The notes under the pieces are model-generated. The model was not told the origin of the DNA, made no database searches, and saw only the letters and a list, made by a program, of their open reading frames with translations. The translations under genes and the position numbers were made by a program. Positions 12,671-25,689 of a DNA stretch of 64,000 nucleotides are shown here, piece after piece (positions within the stretch are counted from its first letter, which is position 1; every line of letters starts with the position of its first letter). Origin of the DNA: Camelus ferus (lineage: Eukaryota); contig NC_045705.1 in the NCBI RefSeq assembly GCF_009834535.1, positions 54,622,001-54,686,000 of the forward strand. The letters are read 5' to 3'.

Positions 12671-14770
12671 CCTGCTATGGTGATGGTGATGATGAGGATG
12701 ATGCCATAACCCTGGGCCATTAAAACGTGAGTAGATCTATATTTCCTACAGAAAGATGTCTGACACACTGCTGAGTTTTAAAAGGGGGTTGCAAAATAAC
12801 ATGTGAGGTGTTTCTGTGTGTATATGCGTGTGAGTGTCTCTCTCAATGATTCCTTTAAATAATACGCTTACCACACTGATAAACTAAGAACTGATAAACA
12901 ACAAAACTAAGAATCCAGGTAGAAACTATACAGTCCATATAAAGAACGGTTATTGCTCTGTCTGTCAAAGGTAGGACTTGCACGTTTAATGAACATGTGT
13001 GTTTAAATGTGGCCTGGGGAAGAATGTGGTTTAATCTCTACACAGGAAAGGAGAATGGTAAGTGAGTGAAAAAGGAGCCAAATGAGATGAAATATAGTAT
13101 CATTTATACTCAGAGGAAGGCCAGGGATAAGCATTCTTTCCACTCTAAAGATTTCATATAACTTTGTCAACCTTACTAATTAATTCAGCAACAATGTCCC
13201 TTTAATACAGAGAGAAAATGAGGAAGAAAAAATGGGTGGGAAAAACAAAATAATGAGAATAAAAGCTAGAAGAAAGTGGGGAGGAGAAACTGAGCATAAC
13301 GGACTGGGCTCCAGAGATGTGGAGAAAAGCAGAGAAGGAAGTGGCTACAGGACCTGGTTTTTTCCCCAAACTAAAAGGGCAGACAATGAATCTTTTATCC
13401 CTCTGAGGCCCTAAGAACATTGTAAGCAATAGGGCCTTTGCAGATATCTTCTCTTAATGACTTTGTCTCACATGCACCCAACTGTATACATGGGAATTAT
13501 TCCTGGTCATTCACACACTACACAGGCTGCATATACCTACTCAGCTTTACAAGCTGTATCTCACACAGACACACACACGTTGCAGATATACTCACGTGAC
13601 TATTTCATGTACTTAAGTATATAACTCTCATGGCCTCCACATTTTTACCATAAAGAAGGAGTCACAGAGGAGGTACTGAGCCTGCTGGGTACTGACCAAG
13701 GCTGGGTCATAGGGGACGCCTCCACATCTGACTTATATGGGAAGGATGTCAGAGAATGGGGTATTCCTGTGATGACACCAGCAGTGGGGCTAGTATCCTC
13801 CTCTGGACTAGAAAGACAGCACTAACTGTAACTGGACCCTCTCTCCTCCATCTGCTCCAACCCACCAAGGAGATTGGAGGGGCAGTGTCAGCATTCTCGA
13901 ACAGTGTACCACACAGTCCGGGTGGCTTCACATCTCCTAGACCCAAAGTATAATCACCAGCAAGAAGCTCCAGATGAGGTTCCTCAAAGCAAGATTTCTA
14001 GTATTGTTCTAGCTCCCTGCCTGTTCACTGGGAGATGGTGGAACAGATTCAAGCTGGGGACACAGTGAAGACTGACCGGCTGACAGCAGAGGGTGGGGAG
14101 ACCCAGGCAGAGTTGCTTTTCAACAGCTAGAGGAAAGTCATGTGACCTCTCTGGAAACAGCCTCATCCCTAAGGGAAAAAGTCTGGAAGAGGATTTGGGA
14201 GCTGGGATTTGGAGAAGAGTGGGAATGGGATCGTTGTCTCTGGGAATCTAACAAAGACAAAATTGATGGGTAAGAGAGTGAATGACAAAGCTCATCTTTC
14301 CCAACACTGTGCTCACCTCCCAATCCCCAACCAGTTTTGCAGAATCCTACAGACGGAGATTTCCCACTCTCACCTGAGGGCAGACATAAAGCTGAAAAAG
14401 GACTGAGGAGTCACTGGTGAAGGAATCGAGGAGCAAGGGCTGGATTTCTGTAGCCTGCAGATCCACTCCTGAAGGACGTCACCAGTTGTGGCTTCTGAGC
14501 AGTGCCTCCCCAGACCTGCACTAGAGTCATCCTAAGAGTTTGACTCCATCTCAAGCCTTTCTGCCATAGCTGAATTGAGGTGCAAACTCCAGTTCTCCTA
14601 GGGCCCAGATCTAAACAGGACTTTCCTTCCAGGGAATATTTAAAAGAGAGGCTCTGAGAGTGATGTAAACAGGGCATTCCCTAGAGCTCTGAAAGCCCTC
14701 AACTTTGGTACCTTTCCATCCTCTGAGACACCCTCGGGCACTTTGTGTTTTATTTGAGATCACAGACTGA

Positions 14771-14883
14771 GGGGGAGGGTATAGCTTAGTGGTAGAGTGC
14801 GTACCTAGCATACACAAGTTCCTGGGTTTGATCCTCAGCACCTCCACTGAACAAACAAACCCTAATTACCCCCTCAAAAAATG
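14771..14883 (+). mobile_element. Camelid tRNA-Ala-derived SINE (Vic-1-like)
   Basis: GGGGAGGGTATAGCTTAGTGGTAGAG (A box)...GGTTTGATCC (B box)...CACCTCCA, then CCTAATTACCCCC and an A-rich tail. Confidence 0.85.
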
Positions 14884-15149
14884 AAATCATAGACTAAAGC
14901 CTCCAAATCATACTCACCTCTCTTTCAAACCTTATACCAAAGTCACTCAGATGACATCAGCAGGTATATTCTCAGAGGGTCACAAATCATTGAAACTTTT
15001 GTTTTCACTTATATATAATTAAATAGAAATGAAAATGAGCAGTTATTGGATTTTGCAGATACCAACTTTCTTACTGAGTAATGCAGTTTGGTTGAAGGGC
15101 TTGTTACACACAGTAATATGCACCAATCTTAGGTACAGCTCAAGAAAAC

Positions 15150-15298
15150 GAATGTATGTATTTCACGTATGACTGCTGTGCACCAGAAATTGACACAACA
15201 CTGTAAACTGACTATACTTCAATTATATCTATAGATAGATAGGTAGATAGGTAGACAGTTAGATAGTCAAACAGACAGATACAAAAAAAAAAAAAAAG
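15150..15298 (+). mobile_element. Short L1 3' end with GATA-type repeat in tail and A15
   Basis: GCTGTGCACCAGAAATTGACACAACACTGTAAACTGACTATACTTCAAT, then a degenerate (TAGA) repeat and poly(A). Confidence 0.75.
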
Positions 15299-15439
15299 AT
15301 TCAAGGAAATGCCCTGAAGCTGTTAGCCCTCCAATCATATTTCAAGTTTAGGTTCAGTAAAACATCGTCTATCACATTAAGGAAATGCTATTAATTTGAA
15401 TTCTATAGTGTTACTGGCTTTGTGGTTTGGCATATTTGT

Positions 15440-16440
15440 CATTTACCTGAGGTTTCACAGAACATATAAATGTAACGCATTAAAAATAAACGGATTATTT
15501 TCTGTGGTATAAACGTACCATGATTTATTTCACCGTATTCATATTAACGGACATTGGGGTTATTTCCAATCTTTAGATATTAAAACCACAATGAACCACA
15601 TTAAAACCAAGATGTACCACAATGAACAAGAAGTTTTTACATATGTGTACACTTATGTAGCCATTATATAGATCAGAATGTGGAACATTCACAGCACATC
15701 AAAAGGCATCTACTCAGTTGCAAGTTAACACTCCCTAAAAGGTAACCATGACTTGGAATTTTAAATAAATTAGTTTTGCCTGTTCTTGTGCTTCAAATTA
15801 ATGAAATCACACATTGTATACCTCTTTGGGTATCTGGCTTCTTTCACGAAACATTGTTCTATGAGTTTTGTCTATGTGTTTTTATGTGGCAATAGCTCAT
15901 TCTTTTAAAATTATTTAATAGTATACCATTGCTTGATCATACCACAATTTATCCTCTCTGTTGCCCATAGAAATGTATACTGCTTCCACCTTTGGTTATT
16001 ATGAATAAAGCTGTTGTAACATCCTTGTACATATATTGTGCTGGATCTAAACGCTCATCTCTATGGCATATATTCAGAAAACAACTACTGAGTTGTAGGA
16101 GGGAAGGCATATGTTTAGGTAAGTTTCAGACACTTCCAAATGGACTTTTAAAATTCATTCTATAAATTTTTTATAAAATTTTGCTCCCATGTCAACTACC
16201 CCACATCCAAAATAATTTTATCCATTTTTATTAAGGTTAGTAGTATTCACTGTGGTTTAAATTTACATACTCTGGTGGCTAATTATGCTGTACAACTTTT
16301 CATGCTCTTATTATCTATTTGTATTTTCCATATTGTAAGGGCATGTTCAAGTCTTTTGCCCATTTTAAAAACTGGAATTTTCTGGCTTTTCTAATTAATT
16401 AATTAGAGATTTGTGGGAGTTCCTTATACATTCTGGGCAG
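15440..16440 (-). mobile_element. Old L1 (L1ME/MB-like) 3' region, antisense
   Basis: GGACATTGGGGTTATTTCCA, TTATGAATAAAGCTG...AACATCCTTGTACAT, GTGGTTTAAATTTACAT, GTTCAAGTCTTTTGCCCATTTT. Confidence 0.65.
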
Positions 16441-18784
16441 CATGTCTGCAGCTCACCATTAAGTTATTAAAATAACAATATCTCTGTAAGTAAAGACAAA
16501 TAATAAAGAAAATGTGGTCAAATGTTAACAATTACAGGATCTAATTATTATTTGAGGCACACAATATTTGCATTCTATAAATTATAAAATTCCTCAAAAT
16601 CATACATAGAGTATGTATGTTATAGACCTAGGTTGCAACTTAGTACCTTCTCCTCTGGAAAACAAATACTTAATTGCAAAAATATAGCACATCTCCAAAG
16701 AGAAGACATGTGAAATCTGGTGATGGGGCTCATAAATGGCGCTGTGAGTGCTTATTACATGTTATTTTCTGTCTTCCTCATTACCATGTGGGAACCTTCT
16801 GAGGGGAAATGCCACTCGGGCTCCCCCCTAATGATTCAGAATTCTCCTGAGCCCTTCAGCGCTCTAGAGACTGCTCCCGGTATCCCTGCATTTACCTCGT
16901 TTAAACGGACCTGTTGTTGCACGATATAGCCCAAAGTCCATAAGACCTTTGGATGGAGCGGGAGGACACAGGAGTTGCGGGGGTGCCCCTTCCTGCCTTG
17001 TCCTTGGTCTTGACTTTGGAGACTTCACTGAGCAATCTGACTTGAGGACAAGATACCTCAGCATCCCTCTCCTCATTCTGCAGCCAGCACACCAGCAGCA
17101 GTTTCCCCCTCAGCACTGAGGTGTCTTACTGGCTTTACCATGCTAATGTGATCTTTTTTCTCCACCAGATGAGAAAATGCTGGTAAGATCATTAGAGGGA
17201 GGAAAAGAGAAGTCATGCTTTGAACAAAGGGGATAACCTGGCATATACTGGGAGTGATATGGTTTCAATCTCTGCATATTTTTGATTTTTAAAAGTCAAC
17301 TAATTTTGTCCAATCTGATTCTTATTACTAAATCTTCTGTCATAGGTCTAGCCAAGGGTTTTTTTTCCCCACTGTGGATCTACCTTAACAAACTACAATT
17401 CTGACATCAAATTCTTTGTGAAGAAGAATTGTGGTTCCCCCTGATGGAGACATAAGTAGAACTTCCATGGGCCAGTGTTGATCCCTTGGGTGGGGGAGGC
17501 GATCCTCACGCCTCTGTTGAGCTGGTCTTGGAAGACAGTACATGGGTATGGGGAGTAGAGGATGGGTGATTTCAAGCACAAAAGGTCTCAGACTCAGAAT
17601 AGAAATTTAGTATTTTCTCTTGGTTCCTACGGATTTCCTCAGTATCCTTCTCCTACAACAGAAGAGAAAGACTGACAATAAACATGGCTTTCTTACAGAA
17701 GCTTCCTGACACTGGGGGCAGATTCACGGTCACCTGGGGTAGCATTTTCTCCTCTACACTTACATGGGAAAATAAAACGCTTTTAAAAACAGATCAGGAA
17801 AGGTCAGGCTGTAGCCTTCTAATGCTGCGCTCCCAGGGTCGGTGAGAGCTCTATGTAGTGGGCTTACTTCAGAATAGAGAGGGTATGCTGAGCAAAAAGC
17901 AGTGAAATATAAAAATGCATTTTGTCCTTGGTGTGTGGCAGGGAAAACGGCTGGAAAGGTGATCTGTGGTCAGATAAAGAAGCCGTAAATAATCATAAGC
18001 AGGGATGTGATTGTTCACGTTAATTAATGCTTATTATAACTATTCACTTATTATTTCAATGATGAACTGAAATCTTTCACCATTTTGACTCACAGACCCA
18101 TCCAGATGCCTAAGACTCCATTATCAGACGCATAGAGTGTAAGTATGCCTTTTTGAGAAAACTCCTGGGAATTCCTTTAGCCCAGGAATTCTTAACTTGA
18201 AATTCAGGGGGTTTTTCAATATAGATGTAAATGCTACTTCTTTCTGTCTACTGTAACTGAAATTCAAAATTTCTTTCTTCTTTGAAGGTAAGTACCCAAA
18301 CCATCTCTAGTAGCATCTATGACTTCATCACCAACAGAAATCAGAGGTATTTTAAAATAACATTGTAGTTGTTGAAGAGATCTCAAAATATAATTTAAGC
18401 TCATCATTTTGAAATTAAGGTGGTTATTAGACTTGAGACATTAAAAATTTTAATGTCTTTAAGAAGCACATGTATTATTATAGCACATATCTGTTTTTTA
18501 AAACTATTTTGGGAAGTGTATTTAAATAAATGGTTTCCTTGGTAATCCTGTATACTCTGTATGATGTATGTACTTATTAATTTATTTTTAATTTGATGTA
18601 TTGTAAAAAGTATTTTCAAGCACCTTTACCAGACAGATAAAGGATTGTAGTCCAAAATTTGCATTGGGTCTTAAACTTCAGATTTTAAAGTAATTTCTTT
18701 CTTCTTTTTTTTTTTTTGGAATGGCCCCATGAAATGTTTTAAAAATTTATTTATGCATTTATTTTACAATATCATATTTAAAAA

Positions 18785-18900
18785 ATTGAAATACAGTTGA
18801 TGATGTACAATATTGTATGTTACAGGTGTGAAAGTAGTGATTCACAAATTTTTAAAGATTATACTCCACTTAGAGTTATTATAAAATATTGGCTATATCA
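18785..18900 (-). mobile_element. L1 3' end fragment, antisense
   Basis: ATTGAAATACAGTTGA...TACAATATTG...TTACAGGTGT...ATAAAATATTGGCTATAT. Confidence 0.65.
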
Positions 18901-19038
18901 GCTCCACAGAATTTTATTATTGCTCCCACATTCTTTCAAATCGCTCTAAGGATACTGGCAGGCTTTTTAAACAACTCTACTGAAAACTATGTGATCAAAT
19001 TATTTTTCTTTACTACTGATAATTTATTGAAGAAAGTT

Positions 19039-19170
19039 TTGTTTTTCTTTGTCAGGGGAGGTAATCTATTTAATTTATATACTTATTTTTAGAGGAGGTA
19101 CTGGGGATTGAACCAGGACCTCGTGCATGCTAAGCACGTGCTCTACCACTTGAGCTGTACCCTCCCCCCA
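19039..19170 (-). mobile_element. Vic-1-like SINE with clean TSD
   Basis: Antisense tRNA-like body GGAGGTACTGGGGATTGAACC...GCTCTACCACTTGAGCT; 11-bp TSD TGAAGAAAGTT at 19028-19038 and 19171-19181. Confidence 0.9.
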
Positions 19171-20037
19171 TGAAGAAAGTTCTATGCTATGTCTAATAAA
19201 GAACACAAAAATGAAAAAAGACATAGACACAATTTTAAACGATTTTTAGTCTCTAGGAGGAGTAGACAGATAACTCAAGACAGTGAGGTATGATGGGCTG
19301 GAAGTGATGGATTAGTGCTACTTCATCCTAAACAAAACCAGACAAGGTGCTGGCTTAAAATGGAAACTATGTTGTAATGGTGTGTCTGCTATTTTGGAAG
19401 TTCACCCATGGTTGAGACTTCTATTCGGAGCTCCAGGTGAAGCTGGGGACAGGACTGTCCAAGAGGTCCAGGCACACCATCCAGAGGCACCATCCCTACG
19501 TTTCCTAGCCCTTTCAAGATAGGTCTTGTCGTCCAAGAAAAAAAGTCAGTTCTGCAAGGTATTTTGGCTCTTTTTAATTTCTTATACCTCAATGGCTATT
19601 TTTTTCAGGGAAGAAACAACAGTAAGTGTACGTCCAATGAATTTTTTAAAAATCTACAGCATCGTGAGATGGGGCATGTGTGGCCAAGGCTGCATAAGAC
19701 TCGAGGGTTTTGTTGATAATAAAGTGAAATTAAATGGCATGCCTGTACAGGAGATTTCAGTCTACTGTTTTATTCTTAGAAGCATGATATTAAGATAAAG
19801 AAGATGATTCTTTTGATCTACTGTATACTTGTCGACGATGCTAGTTTTGCAACATTGAAAACATTCCAACTAAAGCCACACAATCATCTTCTAAAAACCT
19901 CATAAGGGGATTCTTGAAACAACTGGTAGTGATGGAGGGAAATTCCTAAGCCCTCCAACTCTGAACTGTACAATTTACAGGCTATATACACCTATGTTCA
20001 GTGTGTAGTGACTTCGTACTGAAAAAAGAGACAAACT

Positions 20038-20986
20038 ATGAGACAGACGAATCAGACACGGGTGACAGAGTTCCTCCTTCTGGGACTCTCTGATGACCAA
20101 CACACCCAGCAACTGCTCTTTATCTTATTCCTGGGTGTCTACCTGGTCACTGTACTTGGAAATCTGCTTCTCATATTCCTTGTTCATGTTGACTTCCAGC
20201 TTCACACACCTATGTATTTTTTCCTCTACAATTTATCTCTGGCTGACCTCTTTTTCTCTACCAACATCATTCCTCAGGCCCTAGTCCACCTGTTCTCTAG
20301 GAAGAAAGTCATTTCATTCACACGCTGTGCAATACAGCTTCTGCTCGTCCTCATTTTTGGGTGCACACAGTGTGCCCTTTTGGCAGTGATGTCCTATGAT
20401 CGGTACGTGGCTATCTGCAACCCTTTGCATTACCCCAGCATCATGACTTGGAGGGTGTGCATTCAGCTGGCCACAGGATCGTGGACCAGCGGCATTCTGG
20501 TATCTGTGGTGGACGCCACCTTCACACTGAGGCTACCCTACCGAGGCAGCAGTCACATTGCTCATTTCTTCTGTGAGGCCCCCGCACTGCTGATCCTGGC
20601 CTCCACAGACACCCGCACTTCAGAATTAGCCACTTTTCTTCATGGGAGTTGTGATTCTCCTCATCCCTGTTTCCTTAATTCTGGTCTCCTACGGCCGCAT
20701 CATCGTAACTGTGGTCAGGATGAAGTCAGCTGCAGGAAGGCTCAAGGCATTCTCAACCTGTGGCTCCCACCTCATTGTAGTCATCATTTTTTATGGGTCA
20801 GCAATTGTCACTTACATGACACCAAAGTCTTCCAAAGAACAGAAAGAGCTGGTATCTGTGTTCTACGCGATGGTGACCCCCATGCTTAATCCTGTCATCT
20901 ACAGTCTGAGAAACAAGGATGTGAGGGGAGCTCTGAGGAAAGTGGCCCCCAGGAACTTCCCATGCAGGCTTGGAATTTTCCACTGA
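20038..20986 (+). pseudogene. OR2D2: Olfactory receptor OR2D2 ortholog with one +1 frameshift at ~20633-20641 (possible sequence error)
   Basis: ORF 20038 ([12 protein letters not shown]...[10 protein letters not shown]...) continues in ORF 20642 (MGVVILLIP...KAFSTCGSH...PMLNP); both match recalled human OR2D2. Deleting one base (e.g. C20633 gives AIFFMGVV) yields 315 aa with no internal stop. Confidence 0.87.
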
Positions 20987-21749
20987 CAGTGAGACCCTCC
21001 TGGCTGCCTACTAGTAAGAAATGCTGAGTAGGTCCCTCTGAAAGACCGGAATATGCTACAACTTTCACCCCTGGGACTTGCTTGTGGACCCATTCTCCAT
21101 CCTTCATCCAGCACTTCCTTTGTAGAAGAAGAGGACAATAATTCATGGAGCATTAGCACAGAGGGTCTGCTTTCTTCTGGTTAGTCTTTTAGCACCAGGG
21201 GATTTTAGAAAATCCTGAGGAACACACACATTTTATAAACCCTGGAACCTGTAAAATCTATCTTTTAAAATCATACTGTATATTATTATCTATCCCAGAT
21301 CCCACCCCAAATCCTTTATCTTTTGATATTTCTGAATCTCTTTGCATCATCAAATAATCATGAATTGACAAACAGTACTTAATCACTTCCTACAAGCTAG
21401 GTGCTACATGTATGTGTGTGTGTACACGCACCTTCATGTGTGTTTGAGGTAGAGAGTGACGAGCATGGGTAGGAAGGAAGAAGCAGAACATATGATCTCT
21501 GTTGTCCTTCTACTCATGCTGTTATTAAAGATGTGAGTTTCTATCGGGACACACTTTTATAAAGGTAAACACAGGGCTTTGGAAACCAAGAAGATATAGT
21601 GACATCCTGGGGAGCGTGAGAAGCTGTTACCAGTGCTGTGGGTGTAGGTGTATGAAGGTGAGGAGGCCACGGGAATAAATATTTCAAGCTCATTTTCTAC
21701 CTACCTTCTGATTTCCTGTTACTGTATTAAAAAAACAAACAAACAGGAT

Positions 21750-21880
21750 AATCTCCCCATCTGAAGATTCTTAATTCAATCACACCTACAAAGTCCTTTT
21801 TACCATGTAAGGCAACATACTTAACAGATCCTGGGGACTAGGATGTGAACTTCTGGGGGGGACCATTATTCTGCCTACCA
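21750..21880. mobile_element. MLT1 LTR end fragment
   Basis: CAGGATAATCTCCCCATCT...AATCACACCTACAAAGTCC...CCATGTAAGG...GGACCATTATTCTGCCTACCA. Confidence 0.75.
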
Positions 21881-21989
21881 TCCCAAGGCCAAGTAAGATA
21901 AAAGTGGAAGAGCCATTAAAGCTTGCTAAAAATTTTTATAATAGTGCCAATCTGTTTAGTTGTGTGATTGCCATCATGCAAATAGAAAC

Positions 21990-22295
21990 CCATGATCTAC
22001 CTTTTCACTTGTAAAGTCTTATGGCGATACTTCAGAATGTGCTGCCCTTCCCGAACCCTTGCTGCAGGAGAGCTGGAGGATACTCTGAGTGGGAGATTGA
22101 ACCTGTCCTGGTACCTCCCCGGCACCCAGAGCTAGAGCTGCTTATAGAGTCTGAGGAAAGGATGTGCCCATGCAGTAAGTGCTAGTTTACTCTGTTAATT
22201 ATCAATAAACTGTCATCAATAATTTACACAAAGTATGATGCCCTTGTCCCAAGTCTGCTCTTCACCAAGAATCAGGGGTTGGACTATCACTGACA
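21990..22295 (+). mobile_element. Probable old ERV LTR remnant
   Basis: GC-balanced block with AATAAA at ~22204 and a terminal TGACA; family not recognised. Confidence 0.35.
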
Positions 22296-22654
22296 GAATC
22301 CTGGAGAGGGACTGCTAAATTGGTTGAAGGATATGCAAGCTGAAAAGGACAGCTGATTTCACCCAAACACAGTAACATTACCAGAAAAATCTAGAAAACG
22401 ATCTTCGGGCTATTCACAGCAGTTTCCCACAATTTGCCCACTTCTCCTTAACCTGGAATGCCTCTACACTCTTTCTGCCGAGCAACTTCCATATCCAAGG
22501 TGGATAATTTGCAATTGAGGCAGTCGTCAGTGTGCAGTACTCTTTCTCCCTGTGAGGCACAGACCAATTATGGTAGCAGAGGAAGTCCCCAACTGATAGC
22601 CCTCTAAACATGTGTACTTTCCAAGCCAGCGGAAAATTTAAACTATCTTTTTAT

Positions 22655-22945
22655 TACAGAAACAGACTCACAGACATAGAAAGCAGACTTAAGGTTACTG
22701 GTGGGGGGGAAAGAGGGGGATGAAAGGATGAATTGGAAGTTCAGAATTTGCAGATACTAACTACTTTGTATAAAATAGATAAACAACAAGCTCCTACCGT
22801 ATAGCACAGGGAACTATATTCAATATCTTGTAACAACCTATAGTGATAAAGAATATGAAAAGGAATATATATGTGTGTATAACTGAATTGCTATGCTGTA
22901 CAGAAATTAATGCAGCACTGTAAACTGATTATACTTCAATAAAAA
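22655..22945 (+). mobile_element. L1 3'UTR fragment
   Basis: ACAGAAACAGACTCACAGACATAGAAA...GTATAGCACAGGGAACTATATTCAATATCTTGT...ATTATACTTCAATAAAAA. Confidence 0.85.
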
Positions 22946-23611
22946 GTATCTCTTTATTTCATCTCTTTCTCACCATAATATAAATTCTATGAGGCAAGAA
23001 ATTTGTTTTATTCACTAATGTGTCTTCAGGTTCTTAATAATATGACACACACTGAATGCTGAATAAAAATTTGTTGAAATTTTGAATTTGAGTTTTGAAA
23101 GTTTTGAAAGTTTTGAAAATTTGAAAGTTTGAGCTAAAACTCAACATTTGTTGAAAAAAAAGACTGAAAGAATGAAACAAACTTTACTATTTATTATCAT
23201 TACTTATCTTGTGAACAAAAAGGACTTTCAAAGTCCCAGGTAGAACTTTTGGACAAGTAGGAGAAGGTAAATACATGGATGAAAAAGTTTAAGAAAAGTT
23301 TAAACAAATAAGAAGTGAAAAATTGTAGTGAAGTTGTCAGCTTTCAGACAGGCTGCTAATCTGTGTGGCATCCTAGTGGCATCCTCAGAGACATTGGTAC
23401 CACTGGGGTCCTGGAGAACACTGGAGCCATGGAAGTTCTTTCTTCCATCACTCACATTCTTTCATTCATAAATGCATCCTAGTGGAAAGTCCAAAGTCCC
23501 AGTGGGTGCACTGTGGCTCCTGGCAAGAGTAGAGACCAAAGACTTATTTGAGGAACTTGCTTTTTTCCCTTTGTCCTTGCATTCTACCCCTTCAGTTTCC
23601 ACCGAAGTCAG

Positions 23612-24556
23612 TCATCCTTTCTGAGGGCCCAGGGTCCGGCGGACGACCCGCCTCAGGGCAGCCTTGACTTCACTGTTCCTTAAGCTGTAGATGATGGGGT
23701 TCAACATGGGGGTCACCACCGTGTAGGAGAGAGACAACAGCTTCTTGCTTTCAGGAGAGGTGCTGGACCGGGGCCGGAAGTACGTGAGGATGGCAGTGCT
23801 GTAGAAGAGGGAGACGACCAAGAGGTGGGAGGAACAGGTGGAGAAGGCCTTGTGCTTCCCCTCGGCTGAGGGCATCCTGAAGATAGTGGAGAGGATGCGG
23901 ACATAGGACCCCAGGATCAACAAGAAAGGGAAGAGGATGAACAGGACGGTGGCTGTCAGAGCCTCCAGTTCAAACAGCGAGGTATCAGCACACACCAGTG
24001 CGATGACAGGGGGGCTGTCACAGAAGAAGTGGTTCACCCTGTTGGGGCCACAAAAGGGGAAGCTAAAAATCCATGTGGTTTGCACAATGGCCACCGGCAA
24101 CCCTGAGAACCAAGAGGCAGCTGCCAGCTGGCCACAGGCCCGGCGACCCATGATGACTGGGTAGCGCAGAGGGTCACAGATGGCCACATAGCGGTCATAG
24201 GCCATGGTGGCCAGGAGGCAGCACTCCGCAGCCCCGAAGAAGAAGAAGAAATACATCTGAGCAGCACAGCCGAGGAAGGAGATGGTCATGTCCTGGGCGA
24301 TCAGGGTCTCCAGCATCTTGGGCACAATGACCAAGTTGAAACCTATCTCCAGGAGAGACAAGTTCCTGAGGAAGAAGTACATGGGGCTTTGTAGGGCAGA
24401 GTCAGCTGTAGCGACCAGGATGATGAGGACATTGCCCATTAGGGTAACCAGGTAAATGGCCAGAAAAAGGAGAAACAACAGAACTCGTAGGTCAGAGGAC
24501 AGGGCTGAGAAGCTCACAAGAATGAACTCGCTGACAATTGTCCAGTTTCCCCACAT
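23612..24556 (-). CDS. OR10A4: Olfactory receptor OR10A4 ortholog, intact, 314 aa
   Basis: ATG at 24556 (MWGNWTIVSEF; the track start at 24586 is GTG). Has [28 protein letters not shown] and [12 protein letters not shown], and closely matches recalled human OR10A4. Candidate acceptor CTGCCCTCCCGCAG at 24592/24591. Confidence 0.93.
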   Translation of the reverse strand: MWGNWTIVSEFILVSFSALSSDLRVLLFLLFLAIYLVTLMGNVLIILVATADSALQSPMYFFLRNLSLLEIGFNLVIVPKMLETLIAQDMTISFLGCAAQMYFFFFFGAAECCLLATMAYDRYVAICDPLRYPVIMGRRACGQLAAASWFSGLPVAIVQTTWIFSFPFCGPNRVNHFFCDSPPVIALVCADTSLFELEALTATVLFILFPFLLILGSYVRILSTIFRMPSAEGKHKAFSTCSSHLLVVSLFYSTAILTYFRPRSSTSPESKKLLSLSYTVVTPMLNPIIYSLRNSEVKAALRRVVRRTLGPQKG

Positions 24557-25689
24557 CCTTCTTCTGCCCAGGATTTCACTGGGCACTCACGCTGCGGGAG
24601 GGCAGAAGCCCCATATGTTACGTAGACTTCTGTTACACCCTTCGCTAGGGGAGCTCCCCGGGGCCTCACTCTCCACCTTGCTTCTTACAGTTGTCAAGAC
24701 CAAGCAGCTATACTTTCCAAAATGTAAAAAACCAATCTGACAATGGGATTCCCATTTTTTGAAGAATGCTAAATTTTTTTTCAGACTGAACTGAGGCGCA
24801 CTGCATATGTCTATACGTGTCCTGACTTTCCTCTGCTCTAAAAGGATAGTCAGAGCCACGGCTTCATTTGTGGGCTTCTATCCTGTCTCTCTCAGTGGTG
24901 CTAAAAACGAAGTCAGGCCAGCATTTCTGAAGAGAGGGGTCTTAACACAAAAGGAGGATGATGAGGTGGGCCAGGGCATGCTTTCTGCAAAATGAAAGGG
25001 TGGGAAGGAAAACGTCAAAGAAACTGAACCAACGATTACCCAGGATCCCCAAAGAGGAGACATGAATGTGTCCCCCGGTCTGGAGCAGTGCATACTTGGG
25101 AAGATGTCAGTATATTGGAGAAATCTTCATTTCTAAACTCAGACGACTGCAGTTTAAACAAGAAGACACATAATGTAGAAACTGTGGTTTACCTTGATCT
25201 CTGGGCTAAATATTCTCCATGTGGCTGTATGTGGCCAGACAAAGGGACCGTGGACTCAAGACAGAGTCAGATCAAAGGGAGAATCTAGATGTCTCTTGTG
25301 TAAACCCTTTCATCAGCTCCAACTGTTTGACTTGTGTCTCGACTCTCAAGAAATACAAAACTCAGATTTTACGCATCAGCAAAGAACGACTCTGGTATGC
25401 AAGCATGTGACTAATAATATTAAATCCTGTGAAAAAGATTGAGAAGTTTTCATCATTGCATCAACAACAAAGCTTCAAAATTGGACGCTGAGAGTCCTTC
25501 TGATGACGATAAACTGAAGAAGAAAACCTAAATAACTTAGCATGGTGGCTGGTATATAATACGTGCTCAATAAATGCTAACCGATAGAATTATTATGACC
25601 TAATCCTAGATCTGCCTTCTAAAATCCACTTTTCTCACCCATCGCCCAGACTTACTGTAGCCCTTGCTTTTCAATCCCAAGGAAAAAAA

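Noticed and set aside
23074-23132. TTTTGAAAG-type short direct repeats
   Set aside because: Degenerate microsatellite at an L2 3' tail with no unique spacers; not CRISPR-like.
23713-24267. Alternative-frame and antisense ORFs over the OR genes (also 38239-38762 and 52134-52982)
   Set aside because: Shadow ORFs of GC-rich OR coding sequence; their duplication only mirrors the paralogy.
23612-24556. Apparent CpG enrichment of the OR10A4 CDS
   Set aside because: Only modestly above OR10A5 by eye count; not enough to claim biased conversion or a CpG island.
24557-24586. N-terminal extensions of OR10A4 and OR10A5 in the ORF track (also 52712-52759)
   Set aside because: They begin at GTG or TTG; the first ATG giving the N-x-T-containing OR N-terminus is downstream.
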